Below are positions 38,258-51,665 of a stretch of 64,000 nt of DNA, piece by piece. The first letter of the stretch is position 1. Each line of letters starts with the position of its first letter. The stretch covers positions 16,477,763 through 16,541,762 of the forward strand of contig NC_069006.1 in NCBI RefSeq assembly GCF_001194135.2, in the 5' to 3' direction. Source of the stretch: Octopus bimaculoides (Eukaryota). Position numbers and translations under genes: made by a program. The notes beneath the pieces were generated by a model that saw only the letters and a list, made by a program, of their open reading frames with translations, made no database searches and was not told the DNA's origin.

Positions 38258-38476
38258 GAGAAGGACTCGACAGTAGTGAAATTATTTGTTGATACAGATA
38301 AAAAGCTAGTAAAGACAAACAAGGTTCGTCTCCAAGACCCGAAAAACGAAAGAGTTCCCTTGAACAGCTATGCAGACATGCCATTAAATATCTGTTCAAC
38401 AGTTGCATTAAATGACGTGCCAGAAGAGGATGTAGACTTTGAAGAGAGGCCAAATGGTTACCTTGGTCTTATGTAA
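38258..38476 (+). CDS. CUB-domain membrane protein, terminal exon 7 (cytoplasmic tail) EKDSTVVKLFVDTDKK...NSYADMPL...NGYLGLM*
   Basis: A T-rich tract plus tttag acceptor; phase 0, in frame with ORF 38276..38476, ending in TAA. Total CDS is 972 nt = 323 aa plus stop. Confidence 0.8.
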   Translation, partial: EKDSTVVKLFVDTDKKLVKTNKVRLQDPKNERVPLNSYADMPLNICSTVALNDVPEEDVDFEERPNGYLGLM

Positions 38477-41400
38477 AGTATCAGCACTGACACCTACATC
38501 ACTTACATTAACACCAATGCCACTACTACAACTACTACTACCACCATAACTGCAGAATTCTTTTCCTTTTGCTGGATTTGAAATCCAATACAAACCAAGA
38601 ACTGATAATAAACAGCAACAACAAAAACAAAAAACAGGGAAGGGATTGTTGTTTAGTTGTAAGCTAATTTTCTGTTTTGTTTTCTCCCTGAGGGACGAGG
38701 CAGGCAGAGAGGGTATTGTTAGTCTTGGCCTCTCTGCGCCCACATACATGCAAATGTATGTCTTGTGGCCTCCTGACACATGTTGGATGTTAAACATAGG
38801 ATACCACCATCAGTAAGACTCCTGTAGCCTTTCACTTACCAGTCTGTTCATAATAGTTCCACCAAGATTAGAGCCTTTTTCAGTTTATTTTTAAATAGGT
38901 GTTCTTTCTGAAATGGATATTTCTTCAGTGATTTCTATCAAGATGTAATTTTTCAAGATATAATTAATCTAGAACTAAATCTGTTCATATCTAACTTCTT
39001 CCTGATGTACTTTTATCTCAATGTTACTTTCCCCGATATATCTTTATCTAGACGTTAGTTCACCCAGATGTATCTTTATATATATGATAGTTCATCTAGA
39101 CGTAACCTTATCTAATTGTTATCCCATTAAGATGTACCTTTTAGTCCATCTAGATGGAACTCTGTATTATCTGAAATTCATTGTGGTTTTCCAAAAAATA
39201 TTATAAATGAAAGAAGATGGCCAATAACACAATCATTCACCTCTCAATTACATTACCACAGCTACATCACATATACTTTACCGTTATATCATTGTATTGC
39301 AGCTACTTCACAGCTATATCACAACTATAAAATGCATTTATAACAATTGCATCATATCCATTTCATAGCTACATCACTATATCAAAACTATAATACATCA
39401 CAGACATGTCACTGTATAATAAATTATATTAATAGCTATTTCATAGCTGTATCATAACTATGTCATTACATCATAAACTACATTACAATGGCATCATAGA
39501 AGTCCCACCACAATCTCACATTGCTCTATGAATCTATGGCAGCAACATTGACAGCAACAACAAGTGGACTTGTAAATGTTGTGGCATTACCACTTGTTAA
39601 TACAGATATATTTGAACAAAATAGATAAAGTTAAGTTTAGAGGAAGATAATTACTTAAATACTCTGTTAATCTCATCAATATTATTGGTGTCCGTAGCTG
39701 GCCCCCTTTGACCACTGCTATTTAGTTCTGCACACGAGCTGAAAGTGCATATTAAAAGATGTTGGTGTGGTCATTTGTTGTTGGGATTTTGTTCCCGTAT
39801 TAGAATCTGTGTTTAAACTAATTAAATCTTTATTATAATCCTTGCTTCTGTTATGAACATTGTTACTGGTGTTTAATAAATCACAGATATTCAGTTTTTA
39901 AGGCATTGATGGAGTTGGGTGAACCTCTGAAGATAACGAACCACATGTGTATGTGTATGTCTCCCTTACTGATCTACACATGAAAATGATACATCACATG
40001 TATGTATCTCTCCCTCAGTGAACAGTCTTATGAAGATGACACGCCAGACATGTGTATGTGTGTATCTCCCTTGATGAACTGTTCTATGAAGATGACAAAC
40101 CACACGATATATGTGTGTCTGTCTGTGAGTCCTTCAAAAGAACTGTTTCTACACATCTCTTATTTGTTTCCAGTGAATTCAACATTCATTAACATTTTTC
40201 TCTATTGACATTCACAACATGCATTTTTTTTAAAAAAAACAAAACAAATTATTTACTTTACTTTTGTTCATCTGACACAGTTTTTGTTGACGCTTAGATC
40301 GATGTATCTGACTCGTCTTAGTGTCTGGCAGACTGTAGTAACGCAATGGATTGGCAACCTTTTGAAAACAAGAGAAAATAGTTGTCTAACTCCCTTAGTG
40401 TGATTATTAGGGTGATAGATTGGCAGAATTGCTTGATCATTGGAAAAAATGCATTGCAGTATTTCTTCTGGCAGTTTACATTCTGATTTAAAATCCTGCT
40501 AAAGTCAGCCTTGCCTTTCATTCCTTTGGGGTTAGTAAAATAAGGCTCAAGTCAAACATTGAGTTGATTTAACTAACTCCACCCCTACTCTTACCCCTAA
40601 ATTTGTGGTGTTGTACCTATGCTAGAAACAATTATTACGATTGTGATGCTGTGGATGATGGAATTTGGTAAAATGAGGTCAACTCTGCTTTTCATCCTTC
40701 TGGGAACAATAAAATACCAGTGATGTAATTGACTGTTCCTTCCCAGCCAAATCTGTGGCCTTGCACACATGTTAGAAATTCTTTTTATTTTTAAAACCCC
40801 GAAGGTGGTAAGCTAGCAGAATTGTTAGCGTATTGGATAAAATGCTTTGTGGCATTGCTTCCGGCTCTCTGCATTTTGAGTTCAGATTCTGCCAAGGTCT
40901 ACTTTGCTTTTCAGCTTTCATAGTCAATGAAATAATAAAGTACCAGTTAAGCATTGAGGACATTGTAATCTCACTAAAATTGTTGGCCGAAATTTGAAAC
41001 CATTATTTTTATAATTTCTGTCTTCCAAATTTGCTCATCGATCTCAGATTAAAGTAAAAACACATTTAACCTCTCTCACTTCTTCATTTTTCCATCTATT
41101 TCTTTTTCCCCACCTTGTTCCCATTCTAGTTCTTAATGGATTGGGGGGTGGGTAGGGGACAAAAAAAGAAAAAAAATGAAGAAACCTCACCAGCCATGAC
41201 AACTAATACAACTCTGTTTCCATGTTGCTAAACCAATGTGGACTTACTTTGAAAAATTTTTATTCTATGAAAACATACATGTACCTTAACTTTGATTTCT
41301 TGCTGATGTTTTATAAGGGTTCATTCATTCAATACATCAAGACTAAACTCTTAATGAACAACAACAACAACAACAACTAATAATAATAATGTTACTATTT

Positions 41401-42464
41401 GTAATGACCAACTGAACTTTGTACCTCAAACTCTTTGTTGAAAGTGTTGTTTCCGAAGATTATTCCGGAGTCTTCTCTTTGTTTACAGCAATTCTTTGTG
41501 TTGTTCACAGAAAGGTGAGGAATCAGCTACAAGGGAGCTTTTAAAGTAAGGTGTTCTAACCAGCTTGCTTGTCTTCCTGCTTGTTTATCTGCCTCTTTGT
41601 CTTTCATTCCTTCCTACCATTCACTTCCTGATGTTAGTAAAATAAAGTTAACAGAGAGCATCAGGAAAACAGCCAATTGAAAATAATTACATAGAATAAC
41701 CTCGTCATGTAAATGAATGAACTCTGCATTACCAACATCAACAAGGTTTGCATTTTTAAACATGGTGACTGACTGCTTTTTGAAACCGAATTAGATTCAT
41801 CGTGAATGATTTCTTTTTGTAAGATGAAAAAATAGCAGAATGACTGTTAAGGAATGTAAATGGGACAAAGGCTCCTTTTCTTTTTTGGATTCTTTGACGA
41901 TTTTTATATTTTTTATGGTTTTGTAAGTTGTGTATAAAACAGGGAATGGATAAACTGGGGGTGTAAAAATGTGATGTGTTTTTTGGTTATTAAACCTCTT
42001 TCTTCATTGTCTTTCCAATTGTTGCAGAAAAATGTTAGCATTGATTTTAATTTAACCTTAAATCGAGGAGGAGGGGGTTTCTCATTGAAAGATGATAGTT
42101 ATTGAAGACACAGAAAGGAATAGTGAAGAGCAGTTGAGTGAAAAAGCAGAGGGGACCATATATCATGTGATGTACATATACATTATACATACATACATAT
42201 GTATGTATGCATGTGAGTGAGTGAGTGTGTATGTGTGTACATGCATCTGTGTATAAATATGTATATAAAAGGCAGGTATGTATGTGTGTTTGACTTGGAG
42301 AATTTGAAGTTTGGGCTGTGGGGGAAAAAAAAAGTAAAGAATGAAATATTGGATAGGGCAAAAATCAATCAAAAATGGAACGTACGGTGGATATAGAAAT
42401 GACTATTTGGAGATACTAATGAATGCATATCAGTTAGATTTAGCAGGAGTACAACAATTATTAT

Positions 42465-42660
42465 TTCTATTATTAATTACATATACTTAATGTATATATG
42501 CTTCATATATTTTCTGGTGGAGTATATACACTCTCAAAGCACTGGGTGTTGAGGTGTTTTAACACCTGGTGGTTTGAAAGTGTATAAACTCTACCATGCT
42601 ACTGCAGCCACCTTGAAATACATGAACCATATATGCTAAGTGTATGTGGTTGATAGTATT
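42465..42660. other. Long foldback palindrome (MITE-like)
   Basis: Inner 36-bp arms (30/36) around a 10-nt loop at 42551-42560. Outer arms of about 38 bp follow an 18-nt asymmetric bulge. Confidence 0.75.
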
Positions 42661-42895
42661 TATTATACTAGAGCTGCTTTTATTTCAAAATGAACAGGCT
42701 CATTAATGAGAAGTTTCACAATTCGTAGAGAGTAGTGTTTCATGTTCATTGTCGACTGTAGTTTACAGTAATTTCATTCAGCTTGTTCCGATCATTTTCT
42801 GATAATGCAGCACAAACTGGAAAATGGCAGACATTGACATAATTGCATGTGTCTGTGTGTGTGTGTATATACATATATATATATATATATATATC

Positions 42896-43305
42896 ATCAT
42901 CACCATCATCATCGTTTAACGTCCGCTTTCCATGCTAGCATGGGTTGGACGATTTGACTGAGGACTGGTGCAACCGGATGGCTACACCAGGCTCCAATCT
43001 AATTTGGCAGAGTTTCTACAGCTGGATGCCCTTCCTAACGCCAACCACTCAGAGAGTGTAGTGGGCGCTTTCACGTGTCACCCGCACGAAAACGGCCACG
43101 CTCGAAATGGTGTCTTTTATGTGCCACCCGCACAAGAGCCAGTCCAGGGGCACTGGCAACGATCTCGCTCGAAAACCCTACAAGGCCAGTCAGGCGGTAC
43201 TGGCAACGGTCACGCTCAGGATGGTACATCTTATGTGCCACCTGCACAAGAGCCAGTCCAGAGGCACTGGCAACGATCTCACTTGGCTTGCCGGGTCTTC
43301 TCATA
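42896..43305 (-). mobile_element. RTE LINE 3' UTR, young 5'-truncated copy
   Basis: catcatcatcgtttaacgtccgctttccatgctagc... matches the tails at 1-75, 36068 and 59111. Confidence 0.88.
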
Positions 43306-43330
43306 CACACACACACACATATATATATAT

Positions 43331-44102
43331 ATGGAGGTTGGTTGAAAAGTTCATAGGCTGATTGAGATACTCATAGAATATGACCAAATAAGGCTAATTT
43401 TTCAACGCAGTCCTCCTTGTGTTCCACACACTTCTTCCATCAGTGTTGCAGCGCTTGGATCCCATTGGTGAAGCAGGTTAGGAAACCTTCAAGGAAACCA
43501 GTTGGATCTGCCTCAAACAATGTCAGATTTTCCTGTGATGTGACCAGCCTGGTACACTTCTGGTCAGGTGTCAGAAGATGTAGTACCCAGCAAGCAGAAA
43601 AACCTTCATCATGCACAAATTCATTGTGCAGAATATTCTCAACTCCCTCATGGGATATATTAATAGCATTGGCTATTTGATTTATAGACAGTTGCTTGTC
43701 ATCCCTCACCATGTAGTGAACACAATGTTTTCTTTGGTGGTGACAGTTGCCAGAACATCCAGACCTTGGGTCATCCTCAAGACCTCCCCCACCAAATTCA
43801 GCTACCTACATTTGCTCTGTTCATAAAGCTAGTGTCATCTAACGCAGCAACTCATATCAGCATGAATGTCCTTGGGGGGCTGAAGTCTTTTTCTGCAGGT
43901 GCTCGATAACACCACGATGCCAAATATTGTCCATTTTCAAGAGAAGTTGGTACTAGTTACTATTGAAGTCTTCTCTGAACAGTCACATGTCAGTTTACTG
44001 GGAAGAAACAATGCAGTTATTAAGAGGAAGAGGGGAAATGAATGTAAGTAAGATTTCTCAGCTCGAGCATCACTCCCTCATCGTCAGCCCATGAACTTTT
44101 CA
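43331..44102 (-). mobile_element. Internally deleted mariner element with both TIRs
   Basis: tgaaaagttcataggctg (43342) and cagcccatgaacttttca (44085-44102). ORF 43440..43712 has LSINQIANAINISH and CWVLHLLTPDQK (WVPHxLT motif). Homologous to the 28-kb copy. Confidence 0.85.
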
Positions 44103-44171
44103 GTGTGTATGTGTATGTGTGTACTCTTAGTGAAAAGTGGTGAAATGAAGCTCTTACCTGTATATGTATAT

Positions 44172-44202
<31 letters not shown>

Positions 44203-44564
44203 GAGATGCACATAGCAGTGTTGGTGTATATATATTTTTCTCCATATCTAAATGCACTGCTCCCCCACCACAACTGCTTATTTCCAATTTCAACTGTGAT
44301 GTTATGAATGGCAGCATATCTTGATAATCGGGTTTTTATTTTTTAATTTTTTTTTTGTATGATGATGAGTTGGAGGACAATGATGATAATGATGACGATG
44401 ATGCTATGACTTTCAAAACGTGCTAAGTTCCATGTATATAAATATACACGTTTTCTTTATAAAAATCTTGTTCATTGTCTATGTATATATGAATATATTT
44501 GTCAAATGCACTTCCTTTGAATGATATGTAAAGTATTTGAGGTGTCAAGCTACATACACATATA

Positions 44565-45825
44565 CAAGGTGTGGTGAATGAATTGTCTAAATTACGCAAA
44601 AATGAAAGTAACACTCTCATCTTATTTTAACAGATATATTTATCAAAATTACATAAAAATATCTTGAAATACTAATGACTAAATTTATTCGATAGAATTG
44701 CCATTGGCTTCAACCACAGTCTCCAGACGACTTTGGAATCTCCTGCAACTCTTCTGGATGGTCTCCTTGTTTGAGTTGGTGAATGCTGTCATAAGCCTTG
44801 CTTTCAGATCATCTTTGGTATTAACAAGGAGTTTTGTTGATCTCTCACTCAACTGCGCCCCACATATAATAATCAAAGTAGGCTGCAGTCTGGGGAATTA
44901 GGTGGCCCCAGATGTTAGGGGTGGTGTGATCGCAGAAATTGTCTGACATCCATGACTGGGTTCTCCTACCTGTTAGCAGACATAGGCTCTTCCAGCAGCT
45001 ACCCATTTGACCCAGGGCAGCATTACCTCCTCCAGGCACTTGATGTAGGCCTCCATGTTAAGTCTGAGGCCTTGTGGGAAGATAAATGGAGGCATAACGT
45101 CGCCATCACTAGTGATCACTCCAAACACCATGTTGTTTGATTTTTATCACTCTTGGTACATGTTTTGGGGACATGGCAAGCCAACGGCTGTTCTGTGTGT
45201 TTACCATCTGATCCTAGCAGAAATCTTTCTCGTCTCAGAAAAACCAAAGCATGTTCGGTTGGAGGGTATGCTTGAGTTTGTTCAAAAGCTTTTGTAGCAT
45301 GGTCTTTCCTCTTGTCCTTGATGGCTTGGGATAAACATTGGACCTTTCTCATCTTGTATGAGGAATACCGAATATCTTCATGCACTACCTGCCTGATAAG
45401 AAACCCAGACACTCCCATGTGTCTGAGTTGGACCTGGCGATGGACTTGATTGACTTGAAGGGATCGTTGTCAATCATGGTCTGGATCTCGCCAACAAATT
45501 CAGTAATTCATTTCTTATCAGTACAATCAGAGTGAGTTTTCCAAGCTGCTGTACCTTTGTAATCACCATTAGACTCATCAAACTCTTTCCAAATCCTCTG
45601 CACTGTTCTCAGACTGACATCCAAACACTCTGAAGTGTTCGTAGTGGAGCTTCTGGCACGAATGGCAAGCAGTACAGTATGTCATTTCAAAATTTCTGGC
45701 AGAGTGAAGTGCGTCATGGTGCTGTTTTTCTCACAGACGGTGCCCAACTGACCCTACGATACTGTGTAGTTGACATTCATGAAATTAACAATATAAAATG
45801 GTGACAATTTATCCATCGCACCCTG
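44565..45825 (-). mobile_element. Near full-length (1261 bp) decayed Tc1/mariner element, maT/DD37D-like
   Basis: Imperfect TIRs caaggtgtggtgaatgaattgtc / gacaatttatccatcgcaccctg, with TA at the left end. Translation pieces include VSLRTVQRIWKEF, DYYMWGAVE and FQSRLETVVEANG. The subfamily call is inferred from motifs. Confidence 0.8.
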
Positions 45826-46322
45826 AATATTATACACACATATGTACAAACATCATAGCCTTTATTTTCTAGATACACTTGTTCAGTATTTCCCCCAATG
45901 CTGCATGCCTTCTCTTCAATACAGTCTCTTACTCCCTTGTCTTCTAAGTAGAAAGATAGACGATCATACCATGTTATGGCTATTAAAACTAACCCCTTTG
46001 ATCCCTTTCTGCCATAGTAAAGGTCTCTGAGTAGAAACAATATTGATCTGTCTGTCTAATACACACACACACACTCACATATGTTAGTCAGATTTCATAA
46101 TCGCTGAGGTTGTGAAATGTTGAGTTTTATCAAGTACCACAAATGAATAAAATTAAGCTCTATTTTAAATCCTTTATTTGTCATTTGGAGAGTCAAACTT
46201 ACTTTTAGTCCATTATTTGTCATCAGTTTTTTTTTTGTTTTTACTATTTGGTTCAACAACAGAACCCCTTTCTGTGATATTTTCATTTTATTCATTACTT
46301 CTTTTTATGTTGTATTGTTTTG

Positions 46323-46539
46323 GGTCCCTGGCGTGGATTAAACTCCCGTAAACCAAAATTTCTTTCTTCTATCATCAATTACCGTATCTTTCACTCTCTG
46401 CTTTCTTTTCTTTCTATATTTATTATCTTTGGTCCCTGGCGTGGATTGACACCCCGTAAACCAAAATCCTTCTTTTATCACCAATTTTTTTTCCTGTAAT
46501 GTCTTTGGTCCCTGGCGTGGATTCAATTCCCGTAAACCA
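46323..46539. repeat. Three 33-bp GC-rich direct repeats with 75- and 43-bp T-rich spacers
   Basis: GGTCCCTGGCGTGGATT-N5-CCCGTAAACCA at 46323, 46431 and 46507. Confidence 0.9.
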
Positions 46540-46794
46540 TTATTTATTATTTCATCACACACACACACACACATGCTACTATATACATTTTACTAACCCA
46601 GATAACAACTGTCTCTCCAACAAACCTAAAATTCTATGTCTATAGAGAGAGTACAAGCAACTTACTCCGCCTTTAGATATTTATAAATAAATATTTTACA
46701 TCCCCTGTTATTGTTAATGAACGCTAGATTTGTGTGGAATATTGATTACTGATGTAAAACATGGCTATGTTGTATATTACTGTTAGCTATAAGT

Positions 46795-47201
46795 GCAGGC
46801 ATGGCTGCATGGTAAGAAACTTACTTCCCTACCACATAATTTCACGTTCAGTCCTACTGTGTGGCACCTTGGGCAAGTGTCTTCTACTATGGTTCTGGAC
46901 CGACCAAAGTCTTGTAAATGGATTTGGTAGATGGAAACTGAAAGAAGCCTTTATGTGTGTGTTCCTCACCACTGTTGACAACTGGTGTTGGGTTGTGTAC
47001 GTCCCTGAAACTTAGTGGTTCAGTATATATATATACATATATACGACAGGCTTCTTTCAGTTTCAGTCTACCAAATTCACTCACAAGGCTTTGGTCGGCC
47101 CGAGGGTATAGCAGAAGACACTTGCCCAAGTTGCCATGCAATGGGACTGAACCAGGAACCATGTGATTGAGAAGCAAGCTTCTTACCACATAGCCACACC
47201 T
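46795..47201. mobile_element. Two major-family SINE 5' halves in inverted (tail-to-tail) orientation
   Basis: + copy 46795-47023 and - copy 47040-47201. Confidence 0.85.
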
Positions 47202-48034
47202 ATTCTGATCATTTGTTAATTGTCATAGATTCAGTTGATACAACTTAGCTTAGCTGTCGTCCTTTCTCTTTAACGTAACAGTAGAAAGCTGTTCTACTGG
47301 AACCGTCTCCGCAAATACTTCAAACAATATCATTCAAACTGCATTCTAATATATATTTTGTAATTAAATAATATTTTTTTTTAAATTGCCCTTTCTTTTT
47401 GCTATTTTTTCATCATTTATACTGCTGTCACTGAAGATAGATCTTGTATACCAAGATATCACATGGGATGATGGCAAAACTTCCTAGTTTCATGCCCTGT
47501 AACATCTCATTTGACAAATTATCTTCAGTGACCGAATAATGTTTTGTCTTTTGTTTTTTCTTTCTTACCTAACTGCTCATTGTTTTAATTGAACTTTGTT
47601 TTTTTGAAGCTTGTATTTATGTTCATATTAATGAGACATACAAGCTTATGTTGTGTATACATTGATGTATTTTATAACATGTATGAATATTGCTATTGAT
47701 GAAATATATATATGTATATACACTGCTATCTCTATCATATGGAACATGTACATAATTGCTATAAATGACATACATACATGCATGTTGTGTATACTATAGC
47801 CTATACGCCATAATTTAATCAGTGAAGCAGATGGAGAAGGAAAACAAATGACATACATTATTCTTACTGTCTGCTTCACTAGTTATGGACTGAAAACTGC
47901 TCAGATGTTTTTTTTTTTTAAATATTTTATTTGGATGTAAATCAATAAATATATGTCAGTGTAAATTAGTTCATATGTTTATTATTATTACTTAAATTAT
48001 TATTACTTACTTGCTTAAATGGCCTGTTCTACGT

Positions 48035-48180
48035 AGGGCAGCTGAAAATTTCATAGGCTGACCAAGATAGATACCCTTGTCAAATGTAAGCAAATGAGGT
48101 TTATTTTTCATCATAGTCCCCTTACAGTCCACACACTTCTTCTGTCATTATTGCAGGACATGGGCAAACAGCATCTGGAT
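48035..48180. mobile_element. Mariner terminal fragment
   Basis: tgaaaatttcataggctgacc...gaggtttatttttcatcatagtcccc matches the left ends of the 28- and 43-kb copies. Confidence 0.7.
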
Positions 48181-49859
48181 GGAGTATTCTGTAGTGTTCA
48201 CAAGGCAATGTCATTGGCTATCGCAGGCTGTTCCATTGATGGGTTCAACTGGAATCCTCATCGTCGTAACCGACGGAGTGCCACTTTATTGTATGTGGTG
48301 ATGCATTCGATTTCAAATTCCATAGGTGGTTAGCCAACTTAGTAACTTTGCCTTTGTTCTTGTGTTGGAAGGAAGATATGTGATTTGCATAGCTCTCCTT
48401 ATCAGTTGTGTTGCAGTAACTTCTGCCTTATGACAGAAGTTACTGCAATGCTAGATAACACAACCATGCCCCCATTTATTCCTTCACATATTATGTTCTT
48501 GCTTCAAATGCCTAATAGGAATTTTTGCAATACATTAATTCATCACAAAGAATAAACAAGTCAAAGATTGTGTATTTCTATAGTTTATTTCACACCATCA
48601 TCGCATTGTATTGATTGATGAGAGGGAGAGAGAGAGAGAAGAATATAATACTTGGTCATGTGTAACATCTAATACCTGATTATCTGCTCAGCCAACAACA
48701 CAAAACAGCACAAAACATAAGACACTAGGAATTGAAACTCCCAAAAATACAATAAAATAAAATAGATGTAAAACACCTTACAATCCAAACTTCTGTATTT
48801 CTATCTTGCTTTTACTTCTGGGAGTGAGGGGGGTGGGGGAGACATCTTCTTCTTTTCCTGTTTTGTATTATTTTCATTTTGCTTTCCCTCCCCCCCGCCT
48901 ACATTTATATATATCACAGACTGGCAAAGACTATAATCTTTTGCTGCATTTCTTCGAAATATAGATTTATATTCATCATATCCCACATTACTCTCTCTCT
49001 CTCTCTCTCTTACATAAAGACACACACACACATGCACAGAACTACATTCGAATATTATACAAGTGTGTGCAGACATAGACATATATACACATACACACAC
49101 CATTAATTAATTAATTAATTATATACATCATTATTATTATTATTATCATTGATTGGCAGAATCATCAGAGCACTGGACAAAAAAATGCCTAGCTGTATTA
49201 CTTCTAGCTCTTAACATTCTGGAATTCTGGATTCAAATCCCACCGAGGTCAACTATACCTTTTGTCCCCCTGAGGTTGAGAAAAGTAAGTACCAGTCAAG
49301 CACTGGGATTGACTTAATTGACTTAATTGATTGCTCCCTTCCTCCAAATTTCAGGCCTTGAGTCTAAATTAGAAACTACTATCGTTATCATTACTGTAAT
49401 TATTATTATTATTAAGACAAGTGTGTGTGCTTCACTGACAGGCAAATAGCTGTGAGCACTGTCATTTCTGAAATTAATTATTTAATTAATTATATCAATA
49501 CAAACTTTTAATATTTATGGATAATAATAATTTCTAGAAAGTGTAACATGTCTATCTGCTTATATAAATGTGTGTGTGTCTAAGGTATCTCTTGCTTTAT
49601 GGAACTATTGCATCCCTGAAAATTTTGTTAAATTCAATTCTTTAATGCAAAACCATTTTCTCACTTACATGCTCTATGGTCCATGACCATAGAATCAATA
49701 GGAAAATTCATTTTGACTTACAGAACTCTAATGTTATAGAAAAATTCTCAGAATCTCAATAATTCCCTAGCATGAGCAATACCTATCTTTACACAGACAC
49801 ACATTGAATTAGCAGAAGTTACATAGTGACTCAAGGGCTTAGAGTTTTGTTCATTGACA

Positions 49860-49979
49860 TTTTACACACACACACACACATATAGACACGTATATACATA
49901 CACATATATATACTTATATATGTACATACATATATATATATACATATACTTATATATATACATATACATACTTATATAC

Positions 49980-50013
<34 letters not shown>

Positions 50014-50374
50014 ATACATATGTATACATACATATATGTATACATATATATATACATATATACACACATATATATATATATATATACATACATACATATA
50101 TATATATACATATATATGTACATACATATATATATGTATATATACATATATATGTACATACATATATATATGTATATATACATATATATGTACATACATA
50201 TATACATACATATATATATATATATAAAAATATATATATATATACATACATATATATATATATAAAAATATATATATATACATACATATATACATACATA
50301 TACATACATATATATATATATATGTGTGTGTATAAATATATGTATATATATGTGTATATATATGTATATATGTG

Positions 50375-50406
<32 letters not shown>

Positions 50407-50564
50407 TGTGTATATGTATATATATATGTATATACATATGTGTATATATATATGTATATACGTATATATACATATATATATATATGTGTATATATATATA
50501 TGTATATACATATATATACATATATATGTGTATATATATATGTATATATATATATGTATGTATG

Positions 50565-50595
<31 letters not shown>

Positions 50596-50654
50596 ATATA
50601 TATGTATGTATATATATATGTATATATATATATATGTATGTATATATGTATGTA

Positions 50655-50685
<31 letters not shown>

Positions 50686-51665
50686 ATGTATATATATGTA
50701 TATATATATGTATATATATGTATGTATATATATATATATGTGTATATATATATGTATATATATATATGTATATATATATGTATATATATATATNNNNNNN
50801 NNNNNNNNNNNNNNNNNNNNNNNNNNNNNNNNNNNNNNNNNNNNNNNNNNNNNNNNNNNNNNNNNNNNNNNNNNNNNNNNNNNNNNNNNNNNNNNNNNNN
50901 NNNNNNNNNNNNNNNNNNNNNNNNNNNNNNNNNNNNNNNNNNNNNNNNNNNNNNNNNNNNNNNNNNNNNNNNNNNNNNNNNNNNNNNNNNNNNNNNNNNN
51001 NNNNNNNNNNNNNNNNNNNNNNNNNNNNNNNNNNNNNNNNNNNNNNNNNNNNNNNNNNNNNNNNNNNNNNNNNNNNNNNNNNNNNNNNNNNNNNNNNNNN
51101 NNNNNNNNNNNNNNNNNNNNNNNNNNNNNNNNNNNNNNNNNNNNNNNNNNNNNNNNNNNNNNNNNNNNNNNNNNNNNNNNNNNNNNNNNNNNNNNNNNNN
51201 NNNNNNNNNNNNNNNNNNNNNNNNNNNNNNNNNNNNNNNNNNNNNNNNNNNNNNNNNNNNNNNNNNNNNNNNNNNNNNNNNNNNNNNNNNNNNNNNNNNN
51301 NNNNNNNNNNNNNNNNNNNNNNNNNNNNNNNNNNNNNNNNNNNNNNNNNNNNNNNNNNNNNNNNNNNNNNNNNNNNNNNNNNNNNNNNNNNNNNNNNNNN
51401 NNNNNNNNNNNNNNNNNNNNNNNNNNNNNNNNNNNNNNNNNNNNNNNNNNNNNNNNNNNNNNNNNNNNNNNNNNNNNNNNNNNNNNNNNNNNNNNNNNNN
51501 NNNNNNNNNNNNNNNNNNNNNNNNNNNNNNNNNNNNNNNNNNNNNNNNNNNNNNNNNNNNNNNNNNNNNNNNNNNNNNNNNNNNNNNNNNNNNNNNNNNN
51601 NNNNNNNNNNNNNNNNNNNNNNNNNNNNNNNNNNNNNNTATATATATATATATATATATATATAC
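49860..51665. repeat. Very long compound (CA/TA/TG) microsatellite spanning a gap
   Basis: Direct reading; source of the 625-aa and 588-aa pseudo-ORFs. Confidence 0.97.

Noticed and set aside
38900-39560. Structured element in the CUB-gene 3' region
   Set aside because: Only degenerate short-period repeats (atctaga, acagctacatca); similar tracts lie at 16280-16410 and 60100-60600.
46323-46539. CRISPR array
   Set aside because: Only three repeats, with unequal and mutually related T-rich spacers, no cas genes and a eukaryotic context. Kept as a repeat finding.
47427-47532. Hammerhead starting at CTGAAGA
   Set aside because: No GAAA. The motif is part of a 13-bp inverted repeat (gtcactgaagata / tatcttcagtgac) that is better explained as a small MITE-like relic.
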